A stretch of 63,600 nucleotides of DNA, the filler included, from Stramenopiles sp. TOSAG23-2 (taxonomy: Eukaryota), in assembly GCA_900128395.1 (NCBI GenBank). It is 17 parts of 17 records of this genome, joined end to end, with 100 filler letters (N's around TTAATTAATTAA, not from the genome) between each part and the next. Parts side by side here need not be neighbours in the genome. Positions count along the whole stretch, not along the records: positions 43,019 to 46,817 come from LT651096.1; positions 46,918 to 50,715 come from LT651097.1; positions 50,816 to 54,607 come from LT651098.1; positions 54,708 to 58,497 come from LT651099.1; 13 more parts are not named here. The stretch is one strand, 5' to 3'. The notes under the pieces were generated by a model. The model saw only the letters and a list, made by a program, of their open reading frames with translations, made no database searches and was not told the DNA's origin. A program made the position numbers and the translations under genes. This document shows, piece by piece, positions 43,369 through 56,312 of the stretch. Each line of letters opens with the position of its first letter. Positions within the stretch are counted from its first letter, which is position 1.

Positions 43369-44682
43369 ATGGATCTCGTTAAGCATTTTATAAATGATTT
43401 CAAACCATCGTATTTACGTAACAATCGTCGTGGTGGTCAAAAAAACATACGTTGTTTCCCAGCATGTTCCCATGATGGACATAAATGTGCTGGTTTCTGT
43501 GGTCAAGCAGTAAAATTAGATGTTACATCAACAAATACAACGTCAAATATTGTTGCCGTTGCTGAATTTGTACAATTACAAACAAATGTACCACAAACAA
43601 AAACAACTGCTGGAACAAAAAAGGCTGCAAAGAAGAAAGCTAGTAGTACGAAAAAAGCAAATGCAAATGCTGGTACACCACAAGTATTACCTATTAAAGT
43701 TGGAACGACAGTACCTTTACAATATTTACATGAAAATGTACGTATAAAAAAAGACCCATTACGTCGTTTTATTAATGGTAATAAAGTACATGAAGATATT
43801 GTATTGAAATCCAATACATCTTCATTTGCATATGAATTCTTACCAACATGCTGGCATTACAGTTGGAGAAGTAATAAACATTCAACCAATAAACGACATT
43901 GTTTACGTGTTTATTTATTTCAACAACAAGAAGAAGCGATGGATACGATGATGAAATGCATTGATGTATTTGATTCACCATCTTTCAGTTTATTTTCATC
44001 TAAACAATTAGATAATTATGCGAAAGAAGGTAAAATACCAAATGGTGCAATTGCATTATTTCATGCTAGACAAAAAGCATCTGCGGAAAAACTAATGCAC
44101 AAAATCAATGGAACTAAACCTGTCAGTGCTGCATCGAAAAAACGTAAAGCAAATAAACGTAAAGCAAGTGCAGTTGCAAATGCAAAGACAAAAATACGTC
44201 TTAGTACGAAAAAACAAAAAATCATGAAACAAGAAGATGATGTTGTTGTATCATTTCCATATGATGCAATGATTGCTGATTGTCTTGGTATTGAACGTGT
44301 TTCATCATCATTATCAAAAGATGAAATCATGTTAAATCCATTTATCAACAACAACAATAAAACCATGACGACGACGAATGTTGCTGTTGCTCCCAATGAT
44401 GAATTAAGTCTGGATATGTTTGATCTTACACCAAGTAATTTAAAACATTCCAATAGCTTTACAACATTGAATGATTTAGAAGTTGAAGTGGATGATTATT
44501 TCACAACATCGTTTAATAATATCAATGTATTGAAAAGTAATACGATGACGAATATGGATGATGGCGAGATTCATTTAGATTACAGTTCAGAAACATCTGA
44601 AAGTAGTCAAGGTTCATCGATGTTTCATACATCCAGTGAAGATGATGAAAGTGAATCTGATTTAGATGCATTATGGTATTAA
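43369..44682 (+). CDS. Putative transcription factor: Cys/His-containing beta-rich N-domain, NLS and acidic tail
   Basis: YLRNNRRGGQKNIRCFPACSHDGHKCAGFCG...WHYSWRSNK...HCLRVYLF...SPSFSLFS; KKRKANKRK; D/E/S-rich C-terminus ending DLDALWY. Confidence 0.7.
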   Translation: MDLVKHFINDFKPSYLRNNRRGGQKNIRCFPACSHDGHKCAGFCGQAVKLDVTSTNTTSNIVAVAEFVQLQTNVPQTKTTAGTKKAAKKKASSTKKANANAGTPQVLPIKVGTTVPLQYLHENVRIKKDPLRRFINGNKVHEDIVLKSNTSSFAYEFLPTCWHYSWRSNKHSTNKRHCLRVYLFQQQEEAMDTMMKCIDVFDSPSFSLFSSKQLDNYAKEGKIPNGAIALFHARQKASAEKLMHKINGTKPVSAASKKRKANKRKASAVANAKTKIRLSTKKQKIMKQEDDVVVSFPYDAMIADCLGIERVSSSLSKDEIMLNPFINNNNKTMTTTNVAVAPNDELSLDMFDLTPSNLKHSNSFTTLNDLEVEVDDYFTTSFNNINVLKSNTMTNMDDGEIHLDYSSETSESSQGSSMFHTSSEDDESESDLDALWY

Positions 44683-45965
44683 AACTTCATGATGTATATA
44701 TATATATATACGATGATATATGATATATTTTAGAATATCATATGTTTAAATTGACAAAATACTTGTATTTTGCAAATGTTTCATAGTACATAAGCCTTGA
44801 ACTTTGAAATAAAGACAACTTTGTAGAAACGTTTTTTTTTTTAAACACGTGCATATATAGATATATTGATATCGTACATATACAAAATGAATGTACATAA
44901 AAACAAAAGGAACGTTCCACACGCATAAATTACATATATTATTGCAGTAAAACGACATCTTGATTAAAATTGATTGACTAAAGAACATGTTGAATATATA
45001 CTGGTCCAGATTACAATGAATGTCAAAGCACTTAACGGATTAAATCTATTGAAATATATAATTTCCTCTGACTTGCTTTTTAAATGACATTCGCATATAA
45101 ATTGTATTGTACGTAAATTATCATTTACACGTTGTTTTTGCAAAATCATATTTAAAAAGAGATGGAAGGCAGTACATTTATGTACTGCTCGTTCGAAAAA
45201 CAAAATTACATTTTATTATAAAAAAAAAAGATCAAATGAAAGAAGGGTGTGGAACAATGAATAATTAAAAAATTATTTAATTGAAAGCAGAGAGTGTGAG
45301 AGACAGTGGAGTGAGAAAAAAAACTTCTCTAGAAACGTTTAAACTAGTCTCTGTGTTCTTAATTTAAAAAAATAAAGCTGTACACCGTCTATACGTACCT
45401 CCTGATCTCTAAACCACCCGTCCATCCTCTATCCACTCATCCACTCTCACCAAATCAATCCACTTCCACAAAACAATTAAAATCAAATTATTACAACCCT
45501 GCAAAATTGTACACATTTCAAATATATATATATATATACGATGTAAGGAGAGAGATGTTATATATTTGTATCGGTGTGGTGCGTGTGTGCAGAGTGTGTG
45601 TTGTTGATGAAAGGGCGAGCGTTCCCAAACAATTATTCTACTACCCTCGAGGAGATCGCGGTCGGTTGATTCGGTGCCTTCCTCTCTTATTTTCTACCAC
45701 ATCACTCTTTTGAAGAACACGTTTTGAATGTTATTTTTGGAACGTTAGTAAAGGCCATATATACACGTATATATATCATTGAAAAGAACATTTTAAAAAA
45801 GAACAAATAGAAAAAAACATTTTGAAAACAAAAGAAAGAAATTTCTTAACATACCTACTACATTTACTTTGATCAACAAGATCAATTATCAAATACGTCT
45901 TTATCAACACATATATATACATACATATATATATATATTAAAAATATTTCAAAATAAAAATAATA

Positions 45966-46400
45966 TTATATATATATAAAAATGACATTCAAATTTATAA
46001 TTACAACGGCATATCCACTTTTCATTTGTACAACCGATGGACGTTGGTTTTGACAATTATTAATTGGTTTACCATTACCATCTTTCATTAAATTTGATCC
46101 ATCATCACGTGAATGTTCAGTTAAACAACAACAACAACCATTACTTCCACATCGATCATTATTCATTTTATTTAAATAATAATGAAATTTATTTGATTTA
46201 TACATATTTTTTGTATCTGATAATAATGCATGTTCTTGATCATTTGGATGTGCACGTAAAAATACAGTTGGATCATGTGTTTTACTAATGACACCGGTTG
46301 ATAATTTAATATGTTCCGGTTCCGGTTGTTGCGGTTCCTCGATTGCAATGCATGAGGTAATGACGATGTGTATGAGGATGATTGTTATGAAGAATTTCAT
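45966..46400 (-). CDS. Small secreted Cys-rich protein (3' end uncertain)
   Basis: Signal peptide MKFFITIILIHIVITSCIA; RCGSNGCCCC. Confidence 0.55.
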   Translation of the reverse strand: MKFFITIILIHIVITSCIAIEEPQQPEPEHIKLSTGVISKTHDPTVFLRAHPNDQEHALLSDTKNMYKSNKFHYYLNKMNNDRCGSNGCCCCLTEHSRDDGSNLMKDGNGKPINNCQNQRPSVVQMKSGYAVVIINLNVIFIYI

Positions 46401-47645
46401 TGGTGTTTTAATTAATAAAAAATATATTTAATTTTTTGTTTTTTAGTGTTTTAAACAAATAATATTTTTATATATAGAGTAGCGTCCGATGTCTTGTTCT
46501 GCTTTACAAAAAAATGTGTATGTGACGAAAATATAGTAGAACGTGTTTTTGATATTTTACCGAGAAGTACTTTATTTACATTTTATATATATATGTGATG
46601 TGTATTTTTAATGTGTAAAATTTTAATTATTTTAATGTTTATGTTATTTTTATAATTCATAACCATATTTTCCATCTTTTGAACGTATAAGATCAATGAT
46701 CTTTTGTTTAATTGGACTATCATTACCATATGCCTTGTCCAGGGGAGTGTACCCGGCACTGTTCTTCTTATTAATGCTATTAAGAGGCATATTAGTTAAT
46801 AACAACTCAATCACCTTNNNNNNNNNNNNNNNNNNNNNNNNNNNNNNNNNNNNNNNNNNNNTTAATTAATTAANNNNNNNNNNNNNNNNNNNNNNNNNNN
46901 NNNNNNNNNNNNNNNNNATGGTGCGGCCTTTGCGCATGGTATCAGAGTCGCGATGTTAGACCTGGCCATCGTGTCGTTAAAAAGATAGCGCCGGCGCACA
47001 AGTAATACTGATAAATCAAGATATGGGCATCATAGATCTCCCTGGTTGAATGCAAAACTCGCAAAGAGGTAGCTGGTCATTGTGGTATTGTTATAAAAAG
47101 AAAATTGTATAAAAAATGTGGAATGATATGTGTTATGTCTGCGTTTAAAACTAATTGTTCTTTCCACAAATATTTTTTCTAAAATCTCGATTTAAAAAAA
47201 CATATATTATATATATACGAGTATACGGTAGTATATTTTATTATTTTTTTGGCCCCTTTTAAAAAATTTTAAAATTGTCAAACAAATCTATATATTTTAT
47301 ATGCATGTAAATATCGTTTTCTAAAATGCCAATTTTATTTTTCATATATTTGCAAAAAATAGCAAATATCCGAAAATATAGAAAAAATGATGAATATTTC
47401 CCCCATAGTGAATAGTCTTGCATATATTCATAGAGAGAGAGAGTAAATCCCCGCTATTTCTTTCTAATTTTGAAACAGAATACGAATGTGTTTTGCTTAT
47501 TATTTTATCCCTCTACTTATGTGAAACTTGGGTTGAAGCTAAAAGTTTCAATGCTAAATGGTGTATTCTTGTGAATGATCTGGAAACGGGAAAGCTGATG
47601 GAAAAAATACCAATACACCGCGTTTTTAAACATGTATACAATGGA

Positions 47646-49013
47646 TTAATCTTTGGAGTTACCATTCGAGCTTTCAGCGTCTAACAAATCATGATATCTT
47701 GAAGGAATAAATTCTTTTAATTTTTCGTTTGGCATATCATAGTCCAAAGATTTTAATTTTTCTGGATATTCTGTGTTCATAAACTCAACCCATTTCCATT
47801 CTTTGCAAAAATCATTTATTCGTAAAAGATACGTCTTAATTAAAATTCTTCCTTCTTCAGTTACACCTTTCGCATCTTTGTGACTATATTCCACGACACC
47901 AAAATAAGTCATGATAACCGTAATATAGAGGTCTCGTAAATAACAGTGCAACACTTCTTTCCATGTTAAGTCATCGACTTTTAACTCTTTCATTGCATTG
48001 TAATATGCTTCCAAATATTCTCGTTCATATTTTAAACGATTTTCACGCATTACAGATGAAATAATGCAATAGGAAACATCCTCCATACCATTTCCTTCTT
48101 TGAGCAATTGAAAATCATATACTAAGAAACTATTAGAATTCTCATTAGGAAAAACCATGTTAGCAGCGCGGAAATCACCATGTAGTAATGTACTTGGATA
48201 TCCCCCTTTTCTTAAACGTGTAAAATCACTCATCATTATAGGAGCATATTTCGCATAATTAAATTTTAGCCACATTGCACATTCATGAGCTAATTTATAA
48301 TCATCTGGTGAATCAAACTCATAACCAGCATATGATTCCTCTAATCCAACCATTTTCTTTGTATATTCTTTTCCAACCAAACCATAGTAATCTTTATCAC
48401 TACGTCTTAAAACCCACTCCTTAGTTTTTTCATTAGTTGTAACCGTTCCCCTATATTTTGCATGCATTTTTGCTAGTTCTGTTAATGCCATTTTACCTTG
48501 TTCAAGATTAAAACCTACTTTGAATTGTTCAACAGGTTTTGCCGGTGCAAAGTCTTCCATTAGTATACAGGTGCGTCCATATTCGCCTAGGTCTGAATGG
48601 TAGCAAGTTATTGTATTCATTCCACATTCTGGTCCTAAGTTACGGTGATAAAATAAATGTTCGTATTTAAACAAGGATAGCAAGGAACCAGTAAGCCTGC
48701 TTACAAGACTTGTTGGTGTCAGTTTTAACACTAAGGTTTTTGGTAGTTTTTCTGCATTTGCAGAATTATACGTTGGGGTGATTCTGTGCATAAGAGAAAG
48801 CTGACCTTCACCAATTGCAAAGGTTTCAACTTTTATATCTACGATACTTTCATCCGCATTTAAAAGTGCAGGTCGCTCCATATGTTTTGAGTCTCTCAGT
48901 ACTCGATTTAACCATTCTACTGTAATATGTTTTGTTTGAAATGGAATATTGGTAGGTGCGCAACCTAACGGTTCACAACATAAAATGGCACAAAAATGTG
49001 CAGGAATGGACAT
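47646..49013 (-). CDS. Ecdysteroid-kinase-like/APH-choline-kinase-superfamily phosphotransferase
   Basis: GEGQLS, LVLK, E..FY, ILMEDF, LAKMHA, LLHGDFRAANM, YDFQ, EDVSY. Confidence 0.88.
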   Translation of the reverse strand: MSIPAHFCAILCCEPLGCAPTNIPFQTKHITVEWLNRVLRDSKHMERPALLNADESIVDIKVETFAIGEGQLSLMHRITPTYNSANAEKLPKTLVLKLTPTSLVSRLTGSLLSLFKYEHLFYHRNLGPECGMNTITCYHSDLGEYGRTCILMEDFAPAKPVEQFKVGFNLEQGKMALTELAKMHAKYRGTVTTNEKTKEWVLRRSDKDYYGLVGKEYTKKMVGLEESYAGYEFDSPDDYKLAHECAMWLKFNYAKYAPIMMSDFTRLRKGGYPSTLLHGDFRAANMVFPNENSNSFLVYDFQLLKEGNGMEDVSYCIISSVMRENRLKYEREYLEAYYNAMKELKVDDLTWKEVLHCYLRDLYITVIMTYFGVVEYSHKDAKGVTEEGRILIKTYLLRINDFCKEWKWVEFMNTEYPEKLKSLDYDMPNEKLKEFIPSRYHDLLDAESSNGNSKD

Positions 49014-49999
49014 GATTTTTTCGCCACAACGTAAATATTAAATATGTACAACCAACGTATATAATAAATATAATCTACAATGTTATTACTAGTAATATAG
49101 TCGTCAAAATCACACATATACACACCTACACAAACACAACAAATACAAATATTTATTTCTTTACTTAGGCATATGATTTACTTTTACCCTCTCCACAAAT
49201 ACTACAAATATTAATTTTTTATAAAAATAAATGAGAGAAAAAAGATATTTTTTCACTGTCTGTCCAATGTTCAGCAACTTCAGCAACTCTGTGCTTCAGC
49301 TGTGGCAACAAAGAGAACAAAACAGATGATGTGTGCCTGGTGTGCATGTATAAAAAAAAACTTAAACTCGCTCAATATTAGTATACAAATATTAGTACTT
49401 AATATATTTGTTGAAGGGCAAAAGAAAGTCGTCCTTACTTAAAAATATATATCAAATATTTTAATTCGTAATTTTTAGTCATATTTACCTGCTATCACAT
49501 ACTACCTTTACCCAGCCAACTGGTAGGCATGATTTCATTAGACTATGCTTTTACAAAAAAATGCATTAAATTAAAGCATTTCAAACATGCACACACACAT
49601 TAATTTTCAACAGAAAATTTAAATATTGACTTTTGCTGTTGCTTTTTTTACAAAACAGCGGCAATGGGTGGTATTATATTATATATTACTAATATGTATA
49701 TAAAAATATAACAGCACAGATGTTATGAAATATATTTTGTGAAACACTATTTTATTTATCTATACCTATATCGCAATATATTTTATTTTTATTTTTTTTG
49801 TTTCGTTTTGGGCTCTCCGACTGGGGGCACAACTTTTATACTACCAGGCACATACCACTATTTAAAAATCTAAATTATTAATAAATAATAATTTTATAAA
49901 TGAATAAGAACAAGAAGGATATAAAAGGTAGAGTTAGAAGATCTATCCATCTCCGTCTATATATAATATAACAACAATTCGATATATATATAAAGAAAG

Positions 50000-50715
50000 A
50001 TGGCAGATTTAAAGTCACCATTGAGACAAGCAGCGAAATCGTTAGGATACGAACATTGGGATTTATTATTGGTGGAGGATAATTTACCATTTCGAAAATT
50101 CATTTCATATTTTTAAAGTCACCATTGAGACAAGCAGCGAAATCGTTAGGATACGAACATTGGGATTTATTATTGGTGGAGGATAATTTACCATTTCGAA
50201 AATTCATTTCATATTTGGAAAATAGATTTATTAGACTGAATCCAATTGGTGAAAGGCCTATTACAAAATTAAATTCAAAATCATGGAATCGAGATTTTAA
50301 AGCGTATTTACAAAAGTTACAGTGTCCATACCAATTGGATACACAAAGGGAATCTGCTGTGTTTTGGGTAGCAAGTCATGCATTATCATTTGCTTATGAA
50401 GATGGGAAAGATATGTATAATACTAAAATTGTAAAAAAAAATAATAATAATAATAATGTAACAACAACAACAACAACGACTACTACCACGACAACAGGAA
50501 ATAGTAATAATAATAATAATAAAACGAACAATACTTTTGAAGATCAATTAAATGATGCATTATATAGTGTTGGAATAAGTGATAGTGAAATTGATAGTAA
50601 AACATTGTTGGAAAAATCACAATTGTTGGAAAGAGTTATTCGAAGAAAATTTTCTACACGTGCTGTTCGTGATGCAAAGAAAAAGAATAATAATAATAAT
50701 AATAATAATGAAGAA
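50000..50715 (+). CDS. RTRAF: RTRAF/C14orf166 (tRNA ligase complex subunit) homolog; a 104-bp tandem duplication shifts the frame; 3' truncated
   Basis: FRKFISYLENRFIRL..IGER...W...F.AYLQKLQCPY...AVFW...AL...YED matches the C14orf166 pattern; ATG at 50000; duplicate 50008-50111/50112-50215. Confidence 0.75.
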
Positions 50716-51238
50716 NNNNNNNNNNNNNNNNNNNNNNNNNNNNNNNNNNNNNNNNNNNNTTAATTAATTAANNNNNNNNNNNNNNNNNNNNNNNNNNNNN
50801 NNNNNNNNNNNNNNNTTACTATTGAACAAACGATTTTTAATTATATTTGATATAAATACAAAATTATTATTATTACTATTTTTATAATATTGTTTTATGA
50901 AAATATATATATACATAGTTATAACAACTATGATCACAATTATTATCAATCTATTTGTATTCATCTTTTTCTTTCTCTACATTTGTATAAATTGATGTAA
51001 TAACATTCTTTCCATTAGGTTCATCGATGTATCTATAGATTAAAATGTATATATATACGTAATGATCACTTTTTTAATAGTTGAAATGTGTACAAAAATG
51101 CAAATTTAAATTCAAAAAACTCATCAAAAAAATGTGATATAATAAGGTGTGTATTTCAAAAAATGAATTGATAGAAATATAAATAATCAAAAGAGATATA
51201 ATAATATAAATAATAATACTATACGTTGTATTATAAGA

Positions 51239-52567
51239 ATGGAAACGAATGAAAGAAAAAAGAAACGAAAAAAAGAAAAGAAAAAGAAGAAGAAGAAAAA
51301 ATTGAAAAATAATAAAAAACTAAAAGAAGATGATGATGGTGAGATTATTAATAATAAGAAGAAGAAAAGAAAATTAGAGAAAAATGAAATAATGAATGAT
51401 TACAATAATAATAATAATCTTAATACTACCAATAAAAAAATGGATAATGCTATCAATAATAATAATAATAATGACGACAACGACAACGAGGAGGAGGAGG
51501 AGGAGGAAGAAGAAGAATTAGTAGTTGAAGGAATCGTATATAATGATACTATGTATTTATTGGATAAACGTCAGAATGTAGTATATTCTGGTATACGTGA
51601 TGATGATGGAAATCTTGTGCGAATTGGTAGTTGGAATGCTGATGATAAAACTGTTATTGTTGATACAACAACTGCTGGAACGGCACCGCAATTATATCCA
51701 TTCCCTGTCGATACTGCAGATCATTGTGAAACGCCATATGAAGCATATGAAGATATCGATGCTGTATTGAAAACAACATTACACCTTGTAAATAATAAAT
51801 CAAAACATGATATTCAATTATACGATTCCTATTATTGTGCTGGGAGTTTTGTTGAACATATGAAAAATTTAGGATATAGCAATGTATATAATCGTTGTGA
51901 AGATTTTTATGAAAAAATCGAAAAGAAACTAATACCAGAACATGATATTTTAATAACCAATCCTCCATATTCAAGCGATCATGTAGAAAAATTGTTTAAT
52001 TTTATTTCTACCCATAACAAGGATAAATCATGTTTCCTTCTGCTCCCATCGTATTTCTGTCAGCGCAAGTATTTTAAATCTTTTTTTCAAAAAATGAAAT
52101 TATTTTTCATTGTTCCTTCTCGTCGATATCGATATAGAGCACCAAAAGGTGGCAGAGACAGCGATTCAATGCGTAAAGATCGTAAAAATGCACCATTTAT
52201 TAGTTTTTGGTATTGTGCATTACCTGTAAATATAAATAAAAACGATCGTAAAACTATATATGGAAAAATTAAAAAATCTATTGTAAAATACAATATGGAT
52301 TTACAAGCAGAACATGATGCATTGGTTAAACAACAATCAGTCATTATTAGTAAAAATAATAGTTCGAGAATAGATTCTTCTTCTTCTACCAACAACAATA
52401 ACATGAAGAACAAAAAGGGGAAGAAGAAGAAGAAGCAACAACACAATCCTATTAGTAAAAAACCAAGGTCATTACAGTTCTATGAAAGTTTTAATATGTT
52501 ACCAAATTATCTTTTATCTGATCATGGTAGTAATAAAACTTCTAATAAACGTCGAAGACGGAAGTAA
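51239..52567 (+). CDS. N6-adenine (amino) methyltransferase-like protein with Lys-rich NLS regions
   Basis: DHCETPYEAY, YDSYYCAG (SAM motif I-like), EDFY, DILITNPPYS (motif IV). Confidence 0.8.
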   Translation: METNERKKKRKKEKKKKKKKKLKNNKKLKEDDDGEIINNKKKKRKLEKNEIMNDYNNNNNLNTTNKKMDNAINNNNNNDDNDNEEEEEEEEEELVVEGIVYNDTMYLLDKRQNVVYSGIRDDDGNLVRIGSWNADDKTVIVDTTTAGTAPQLYPFPVDTADHCETPYEAYEDIDAVLKTTLHLVNNKSKHDIQLYDSYYCAGSFVEHMKNLGYSNVYNRCEDFYEKIEKKLIPEHDILITNPPYSSDHVEKLFNFISTHNKDKSCFLLLPSYFCQRKYFKSFFQKMKLFFIVPSRRYRYRAPKGGRDSDSMRKDRKNAPFISFWYCALPVNINKNDRKTIYGKIKKSIVKYNMDLQAEHDALVKQQSVIISKNNSSRIDSSSSTNNNNMKNKKGKKKKKQQHNPISKKPRSLQFYESFNMLPNYLLSDHGSNKTSNKRRRRK

Positions 52568-53403
52568 ATTTCATGATTAATGTACATTATATAATTATAC
52601 ATTAATATATATAAAATAAAGAAGTAATGATATGAACATTATATAAAGATGTGAAAAATGTACGACGCGCGTTATTTTAATTTTTTTTTATATTTCTACC
52701 CATGACAATTTCCTACTCTCAAAAGAATACACACAGAGTGACGCATTATACGTATAAAATTTATGATAGTTCAGAGAGAAAAATGTGAGAGATGTTGAGA
52801 GGAGCTGTGTGTTTTTTATACGTATTTTTTACGTACGTATTTAAAAAGTTTTTTTGTAAATCGCTTTATTGTGTATCATACATGATATCTATTGCAAAAG
52901 TTTTATTACATGATATATTTTAAAATTTTATACGAGAGTAAATATATATATATATATATTTTTTTATATAAAACAGGTATTTACGATTAATTTAATTGAA
53001 TTTTTTTTTTTTTATACTCACACACACACATTTGCATCATCTTTAAAAAAGAAATGACTCCAAAAATACATTGTCGTCTCTTCTTCGTATTTATAACGTA
53101 TATATATATAATATATATAAATTTTAAATTTTTCATGCAGTACTATGTATGTAGAGAACATCATATACTATATATATAATATATGATATTATTATTTTCA
53201 TCATCTTTTGTCTAATAAAAGATAACTATTTCATAAATGGTTTTCTTCTTGTGCATGATTTTTTTATACATAAAAATATCTATGTGTGTGCTATCTTCTT
53301 TTTTCTATATTTTTATAAATGTTATATCCTTATTTCTACGTTGTATTACTTGCTATTATTATTATTATTATATTATCATATTCAATCTACAAAATTCATA
53401 TTT

Positions 53404-53997
53404 TTACATATCATCATAGTTTGGTTCCATTCTTGGCATATCGCCATCGTCGTCAAAATTAGAAGTGTAGTCACCAGAAGGAAACTGAGAATTATTTCCA
53501 CGTACAGATCTTTTAGAAGCTTTCTTTTTTAATCTGTTCACTGGATATTCACTAATATTCTCGAGAAATTCCTCGTTTTTCATGCGATCTTCCTCCCATT
53601 CCAAGTGATTGTAACATGGTTCGCATGCTTGAATGCGTCTTAATATTGCTTGGTTTTCCCTAGTTATTCTTTGTAATTCAGCTTTACGGTAACTTTTATT
53701 CATGCTACCAGCATATTTATGTGCATCATTTTTATTATCAATACTATTACCACCTTGCATGATGTGTGACATCTTTTCCAATAGCAAGCGGTTCTCCCGT
53801 TCAATTTTTGCATACCTTTCCTCCATCATTTGCTCTCGTTTCATATTTTTTCTCAAATGACTTGGTTTCTTTGGCGCACGGTTATCAATAGCAGCTTTGA
53901 TAGATTTTAACCTTTGTTGGTGAAGACGTTGGCAATATTCATTATATTTTCTGGTTGCCAATGTTGTTTTTCTTTTCGATGATTTAGATAATGACAT
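53404..53997 (-). CDS. CFAP97/KIAA1430 (hemingway)-domain flagellar protein
   Basis: HQQRLKSIKAAIDNRAP...EERYAKIERENRLLLEKM...RKAELQRITRENQAILRRI. Confidence 0.85.
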   Translation of the reverse strand: MSLSKSSKRKTTLATRKYNEYCQRLHQQRLKSIKAAIDNRAPKKPSHLRKNMKREQMMEERYAKIERENRLLLEKMSHIMQGGNSIDNKNDAHKYAGSMNKSYRKAELQRITRENQAILRRIQACEPCYNHLEWEEDRMKNEEFLENISEYPVNRLKKKASKRSVRGNNSQFPSGDYTSNFDDDGDMPRMEPNYDDM

Positions 53998-54707
53998 GAT
54001 TTCTCTTCTCTGTTTATTCTTTTTATATATATATATAAATAGATAAACAAATGTATTTGCTTCTCTTTGTTTAATATATTATCAATACTCTCTCTTTCTT
54101 TCTTTCTTTTCTAACTTTCTTTTCCTTTTCTATTTCTACTATCAATCACATCAATATAATTATATAAATGGTAAGTTGTTTTACAAGTACATTTATTGAC
54201 ACAATGGTATGTCGGTGCTAACCAGCTAATAATCCAACGTTATTCTTCCAACAAAAATTTAATTCGAGAAGACATGTTACCTATTATGGTTATATTGCCT
54301 CTTATTCCCATTGCAAACATGATAGTAATAGGAATTATAAGTATACGGATAATCGAATAAAGTATGTAGAAAAGAAACTATTTTTGTGCGTAGTGAAACA
54401 GAGGTGAGTTTTTTTTTTGCAACACAGTGCCACAACAGCCTAATAATATAGTGCAATTATATAATACTGTGTGGTGTGTGGTGCCTTATTGTTTATTGCT
54501 GACATGCAGAAAAACGGCAGACTTTATAATAAATCAAATGGATTTTAAGACAATGCGGTACATAACATCAACTTAATAGTATAGTAAATATATTTTGCTT
54601 TCCTATTNNNNNNNNNNNNNNNNNNNNNNNNNNNNNNNNNNNNNNNNNNNNTTAATTAATTAANNNNNNNNNNNNNNNNNNNNNNNNNNNNNNNNNNNNN
54701 NNNNNNN

Positions 54708-56152
54708 AATTTGATATGTACGTACTTGTTGACAAGAAACTGAAGCGCTTCGAGATGGATGAAGCTTTGGCAAATAATGCAGAAAGAAGTAAAAAGTCAC
54801 TTGTACCAGATGATATCTGCAAGAAGCTTGGTTCTGATATATCACGACAAATATGCTACACGGATAGAGCACTGTATGCTGGTGTATCGCATATCAATTT
54901 TGTAAAAACGCTTATCGACATTGACCGTGATTTAAGGGGCATGTCGGAACTGTTTGTGAAATTGAAAAATACAACATGCAATGTTAAACGCTTAAATGAA
55001 GTAATAAAAACATCTTTTCAAGAGGATCAAATAGAAAAATTTTGCGTGGACTTGAAGCATAAAATAGCAAAAGAATTTTGCATAGATACGATAATGTATT
55101 CAGTTGCAAATCATCGAAATGATGGTAATTACGACGATAAAATCCCATCGGAAGTACCTGCACAACTTGAATCTGCTTTGAAAAATTTCGAAAACAGCTT
55201 TAAAACGTTCTTAAAAGCCATTGCAATATATAAGACTACAAACAATACAATCTCAGCAAATAGCGTAATTGAAATATGGGCTCAAAACGGAGACACATAT
55301 AGAGGCAATAATGAACATGAAGCAAAAGAGCTTAAAAGAAAAGGAATTGGTGTGAAGCACAGACTTTCAAGCATTAAAATTGACTCCTTAAACGAACGAT
55401 TCAGAAGCTTTTCGATTCCGTTATCTGAACTAAGAGCAAATTTCCACAGCACTGAAAAGCAAGATATTCTTTTACCTACCCTAATAACATTTTTTCAACC
55501 ATGGGGTTATTGTTCATGTTGCGATCGTTGGTCCATTAGAAATGTTGCAACCAGCTTTGACCGTAGGGATGATAGCATTAGCAAATGTAACGGAACTACA
55601 ACGACTTGCTCTTTTTATGGGCATTTAAAATGTGTTGAAGAAGAGAAACAATCTGTAGTATACTACGAAACAGATTTAATGAGCGATTCAAGATCCATTC
55701 TTTTTGAATATAGTTTTACCAACGTACTGCAATCTAATCCAAGTGATCGTTGTGGGAAAAGAGTTGACCCAAATATCATTGAGTGGTCGTCATATGAAGA
55801 CAAAAAAGAACAGGGATTAGAGGAAATTAGAAATAATAATTATACAGAAGAAATTTTGGATTTTCCAAAGGAAGAAGTTATAAATCGTAAAAAAACAATT
55901 ATTAATGAGAAGTCCACAGGATGGCAACTTGAAGTGTTTGCCAGTCTTGATGATGGCACATCGTGGACATCGCTTGGTTGGACACCACCATATATGGGCA
56001 AACGCACTGCATCATACGATTTGATACTCCCAAAATTTCACGAATCAGGTAAAGGTTTAGTAAAATACCGCATACAACAGGATACAAAAGATTGCGAATG
56101 TTGTGATGATCTATTTGTTCGGTACATTATACCCATAGATGAGTATAGATAA
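54708..56152 (+). CDS. Hypothetical protein, 5' truncated
   Basis: Long open frame (478 aa); Cys clusters YCSCCDRW and CECCDD. Confidence 0.65.
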
Positions 56153-56312
56153 AAATGTTTTATATTCGTATCATACGTATATTATTATAAAAAATTTTTA
56201 ACCAGGATCAAAATATTTTACGAAGCGTTCGTACTTTTTTATTTTTTTTTAAAATTTTTATTATTTAAATATCAATCATTTAAATGATACTGGTATCTTC
56301 AACCCGTTTCAT

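Noticed and set aside
46936-46950. CA followed by TGGTATCAGAG, like an LTR end plus a tRNA-iMet primer-binding site
   Set aside because: Only an 11-nt match at a contig edge, with no gag/pol or second LTR downstream; compatible with chance
46918-47080. Minus-strand frame with an in-frame TGA-TGC (possible selenocysteine)
   Set aside because: No recognisable selenoprotein motif, and the 3' region where a SECIS would lie is cut off by the linker
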